Below are positions 60,206 to 64,000 of a DNA stretch of 64,000 nt, in pieces. Each line of letters begins with the position of its first letter. The stretch's first letter is position 1. Source of the DNA: Podarcis muralis (lineage: Eukaryota); assembly GCF_964188315.1 (NCBI RefSeq), contig NC_135665.1:49352001-49416000 (forward strand), given 5' to 3'. A program made the translations under genes and the position numbers. The notes below the pieces were generated by a model. It did not search any database. It was given only the letters and a program-made list of their open reading frames with translations, and was not told the origin of the DNA.

Positions 60206-62239
60206 CTCAAGGAAGGCAGCCCAACCCCAAATTCTGCCCTGTCCCACTGCAGTCCCCCAGAGGGTCCTTCAAACTTCTGGACTGGCTTTTAGGAGTATGC
60301 AGTAGGATAATGTGGGGAGTCAAAGAAACCTCATTGCAATAGCAGAGTTCGTTTCATGCTTCTCTGGTTCTCAACCAGTCTAAGAATTCTATTATTTCAG
60401 GAATGTAAATATAAATATTTTATTTGTACCACCATGTTCAAAATATGTGCATTCATGTTTATGAACAAGGGTTCCCAAGGCAAAGGTGGCAGTCTTTGTT
60501 GATGGTGCCAACCACCTTTTTAAATCAATAATGTGGACCAAAATATAACTTAGCATGACAGTTCCAAACAGTGTCAAGATATCACCATCCCACTGGGTGG
60601 AACATCATCAAGTTTGGCATGACAGGTCCACCCTGCACCTATTTTGATGCCTCTTAATATATAGTTGCACGATTCCCCAAGAGGTAAGTGGCAGTCTTTG
60701 TCTGTTTGGATGCCAGGTGCCATTTTGAATCAAGATGATGGACTGAAACATGACTTTGGTATGACTTTGCCCAATTTTTGGCAGATCAGCCCAAACCAAT
60801 GATTTATATGCATCTTGTATCATTGCCCAGATCATATATTTCTTGTAACACTGAAACTCTGAAATGTAGTCCCTACATATCCATGTATAACTCATATGCA
60901 ATTTAGGTGGAAGACCTAGAAAACTTTTAACGTTCAGTTCACATAATTCACTTGGTGGAAACAAGACTTTCATGGCTGCTGCTTACAACAAAAATGTTAG
61001 GGAGCAAATGTTGCACACAAGAAAACAAGGAATCAGGGGGAGAGGGATTGTGACAAGAGACAAGTGAGGTCTGCAAAATCGAACAAATCAAATCAGTACA
61101 CTTCTGAAGAAACTACATTTTAGTTTATGGACAAGTTACTACATTGTTCACACATTTAAAAATAGTCTTAAATTTATCAACAAAGCAAGTATGAAAAACA
61201 GAATGCATCCTTCTAATGCATATTTTATGATAGCGTGTTATTCTTTTAGAAAGCTCTTTGACTAAAGAACAGGATGAAAATGCTTTACATAATAAAAGTG
61301 CACATACTGGGTAGAATTCAATGGTGCAGAAGCAGACATAAAATGACTTTGCCGCCTTCTCCTTCCCCATGAAGCTTCCTATGTGCCCCAAAAAAATCTG
61401 CCCTGGAGAGTCACCCACCCTTTTTGAAGGTGAAAGAAAGGTAACAGAGAGAAAGAGACAAACAGGAAGTTCTGCTATGTGGGTGGAAGTCCATTCTGCT
61501 AATGTTGGATTCAACCAATCATCTTTATAGTAAGAAAATGAAACGAATTAAGTTTAACAAAATGTCTTACAGTGCAACCTTATATATGCTTACGCAAAAA
61601 ACAACGTTCTATTAAATTAAGTGTAACTTGTTCCCAGGTAAATGGTGTTTGAATTGCAGCTTTAGTTTCAGTTTTCTTTCACCATTTATCAATTTGTGGT
61701 TCACCTCTTTCTTTCTCTCTTCTTTGCATTTCTGGCCATTCTCTGTGATGCCTCAGTGTGTTTTATAAAGTCTTAGTGGGTATAACAGATGTACACTCTG
61801 CACTATAGTACTGAAAGTCTACTTAACTATTTTCTGCATTTTGTGTGTCTTCTACACAATACTCTTTCCTTTTGCCCCATGTGTTGCCCACAGACGATTC
61901 CCCTCCCATTTTTTGTCATCTTCCTCCCTTTCAGAATCTAAATGCTTCAAATTCCCCAATTGCCAATCTCTAAATTGATTTTCATAATCATATTTCACAG
62001 AATGGCAGACAGATCAATCATTTGTCTTTTATAGACAGGAGCAGGGGATATTTTTACCCCAGTTAAAAAGCAGAGAAATGAGAGTGAGAATATTCAGCAA
62101 CAAAGATTTCCATGGAACCTCCATGGCAGTCCTAGATGTAACACCACTTACAGATGCTGTGTAATCTTACCATGCAAGAAAGGAAAGCAGAGAACAACTC
62201 ATTGAAGACTGCACATTTAGGTATGCTTATGAGCCCTGC

Positions 62240-62562
62240 GGTGGTTGGTGCTGTGGTCTAAACCACAGAGCCTAGGGCTTGCCGATCAGAAGGTCAGCGG
62301 TTCAAATCCCTGTGATGGGATGAGCTCCCATTGCTCGGTCCCAGCTCCCGCCCACCTAGCAGTTCAAAAGCACGTCAAAGTGCAAATAGATAAATAGGTA
62401 CCGCTGCGGCGGGAAGGTAGACGGCATTTCCATGTGCTGCTCTGGTTTCGCCAGAAGCAGCTTAGTCATGCTGGCCACATGACCCGGAAGCCAGTAAAGC
62501 GAGATGAGCACTGCAACCCCAGAGTCGTCTGCGACTGGACCTAACGGTCAGGTGTCTCCTTT
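62240..62562 (+). mobile_element. Sauria SINE (older copy)
   Basis: Same head and body as 14077 and 55523; TSD not evident. Confidence 0.88.
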
Positions 62563-62879
62563 TTGAGACCTGTGACACAAACATATACTCCATGCTAATC
62601 TGGAGTAAGTTATACAACTTGATTCACTACTCAGTTGCTAACATAGAACAATGTCATCTACCAGCTTCATCCAATTAGCATAAATGAAACAGTTGGGAAG
62701 ATCTATTCTTAATACCCCACTGTAAATATGGTAGAGTGGTTAAACATGGCTCCAGATAGCTTAGTGCGGGGGGGGGGGGGCATTATACTGGCATATTTAA
62801 ATATACTGGAAAATACAGGAGAAAGAGAACTGGAAGAAACTGATTTTGGCTTCTGGTCATTTAAGATATTTTAACATGC

Positions 62880-63440
62880 CCTAGTCTCAACTGTGGAATA
62901 GTGAGATGTGGATAGGCCAACAGCACAACTGAACCAACATTGTAGACCTCCCACCACACCGATGCTGTTTTTGGTACTCCCAATGCTACAACAATGAAAC
63001 AGGGTGGACAATAGCCAGAGCACAAATGGCAGAAAACCTGCAATGAAGATGACCCAAAATACACTAGAGCACATAATTCTGCCTATGGTGCGGAAGCCAA
63101 GGCTTACGTTGCTTTCCACTGCAGCCTTCTGTAACCTAGGCACTTTGAAGATAAAATCACTCATCTCCATAACAATATAGATGTCATGCTTTTGATGGGT
63201 CCTGCTGAAGTCTCCAAAACCTTGTCCAGATTTATTAAAGTCATTTAAGACCTTGGGGCTGGATGATGTGGACAGGGTATTTGGAGTTGTACCTTGGCTG
63301 GCCCTCTTGACCCTTACTTAGCATGACTTTTCAAGAGCCAATTAAGGAGGGCTTACCAGGTGGGTGCAGGGTTCAGTAACTGCATCACTGCATGAAGTGG
63401 AGGTGTCTGCCACCTTAGAAGGCAATTAAAAAGCCTTTGA
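62880..63440 (+). mobile_element. L2 LINE ORF2 fragment
   Basis: Degenerate MKQ.G...KW.KT and DDVDRVFG...LDP...EGL..WVQG...SLHE remnants. Confidence 0.6.
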
Positions 63441-63914
63441 CTCAAGAGATTTAAGACAATTACCATGTTGTTGTAAATACACCCAAAAGAAAATGCTCAA
63501 GAGGGGAGGAGTTGGGGGAGGGAACTGACATATATGCAGTACTCACTTCCTTTTTTTCTTTCTTTTTCGGATTTAATATATGGTTTTATATATAACAATT
63601 ACCAAAAAGAGAGAGAGAAAAGAATACAAAAACAAAATCTCAACTCCAGGGGCCAAGTTTGCCAAAGTCCAATCTGTGATTTTGATAATTGCTATTCTTC
63701 AGGATCATCAGGAAAGTATTTTATAAATGGAGGCCATATTTCAACAAAATTGTCTACATCATTTGTATTATCCAATGCGTGTAATCTCTTTGTTATTTTT
63801 TTTCTGATACAGCAATAGACCATGCATTCTGTTTCTAATGACAGATGTAGCAGGAAATAAGGGACTTTCAATGGCCAAACTAAACATCTCACTCTTGACA
63901 TATGAAGCACTTGA

Positions 63915-64000
63915 CTAGCAGTGGTTCTCCAGGATTTCAGACAGGGTTCTCTCCCAGCCCTACCTAGGAATGCTGGGGACTTAATCTACAACATTCTGCA
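63915..64000 (-). mobile_element. Degraded tRNA-derived squamate SINE fragment, runs off the window
   Basis: TCTCTCCCAGCCCTACCTAGGAATGCTGGGGA resembles a reversed squamate SINE body. Confidence 0.45.

Noticed and set aside
50446-64000. Searched for exon 1 or a promoter CpG island
   Set aside because: No CpG island is present; CpG-rich patches are transposons.

Overview
This is vertebrate genomic DNA, most likely from a lacertid lizard (inferred from Sauria/POM-type SINEs and abundant CAGTGGTACCTC-ended MITEs). The whole window lies inside NIPBL (Nipped-B-like, Scc2/delangin, the cohesin loader) on the minus strand. I traced 26 consecutive coding exons, numbered 2-27 after the human gene. They run from the ATG at 50365 to the exon 27 donor at 1110, all with GT-AG boundaries and matching phases, and give 5214 nt (1738 codons) with no frameshift or stop. 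Exon 1, the promoter and exons 28 onward lie outside the window; 50446-64000 is intron 1. Introns carry Tc1/mariner-type and hAT MITEs, Sauria SINEs, CR1/L2/RTE LINE fragments, microsatellites and one 152-N gap. Apart from the exon-overlapping minus-strand ORFs, the ORF track is antisense shadows, repeat remnants or chance. I find no support for a new multi-gene system. The best leads are regulatory or RNA-structural and are hypotheses from sequence alone: a 59-bp inverted repeat in intron 25, convergent CTCF-like motifs in intron 1, two uORFs in exon 2, a competing-hairpin module in intron 1, a possible UG-repeat-gated poison exon in intron 4, and inverted SINEs that could circularise exons 2-8. 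Human comparisons are from memory and need alignment.
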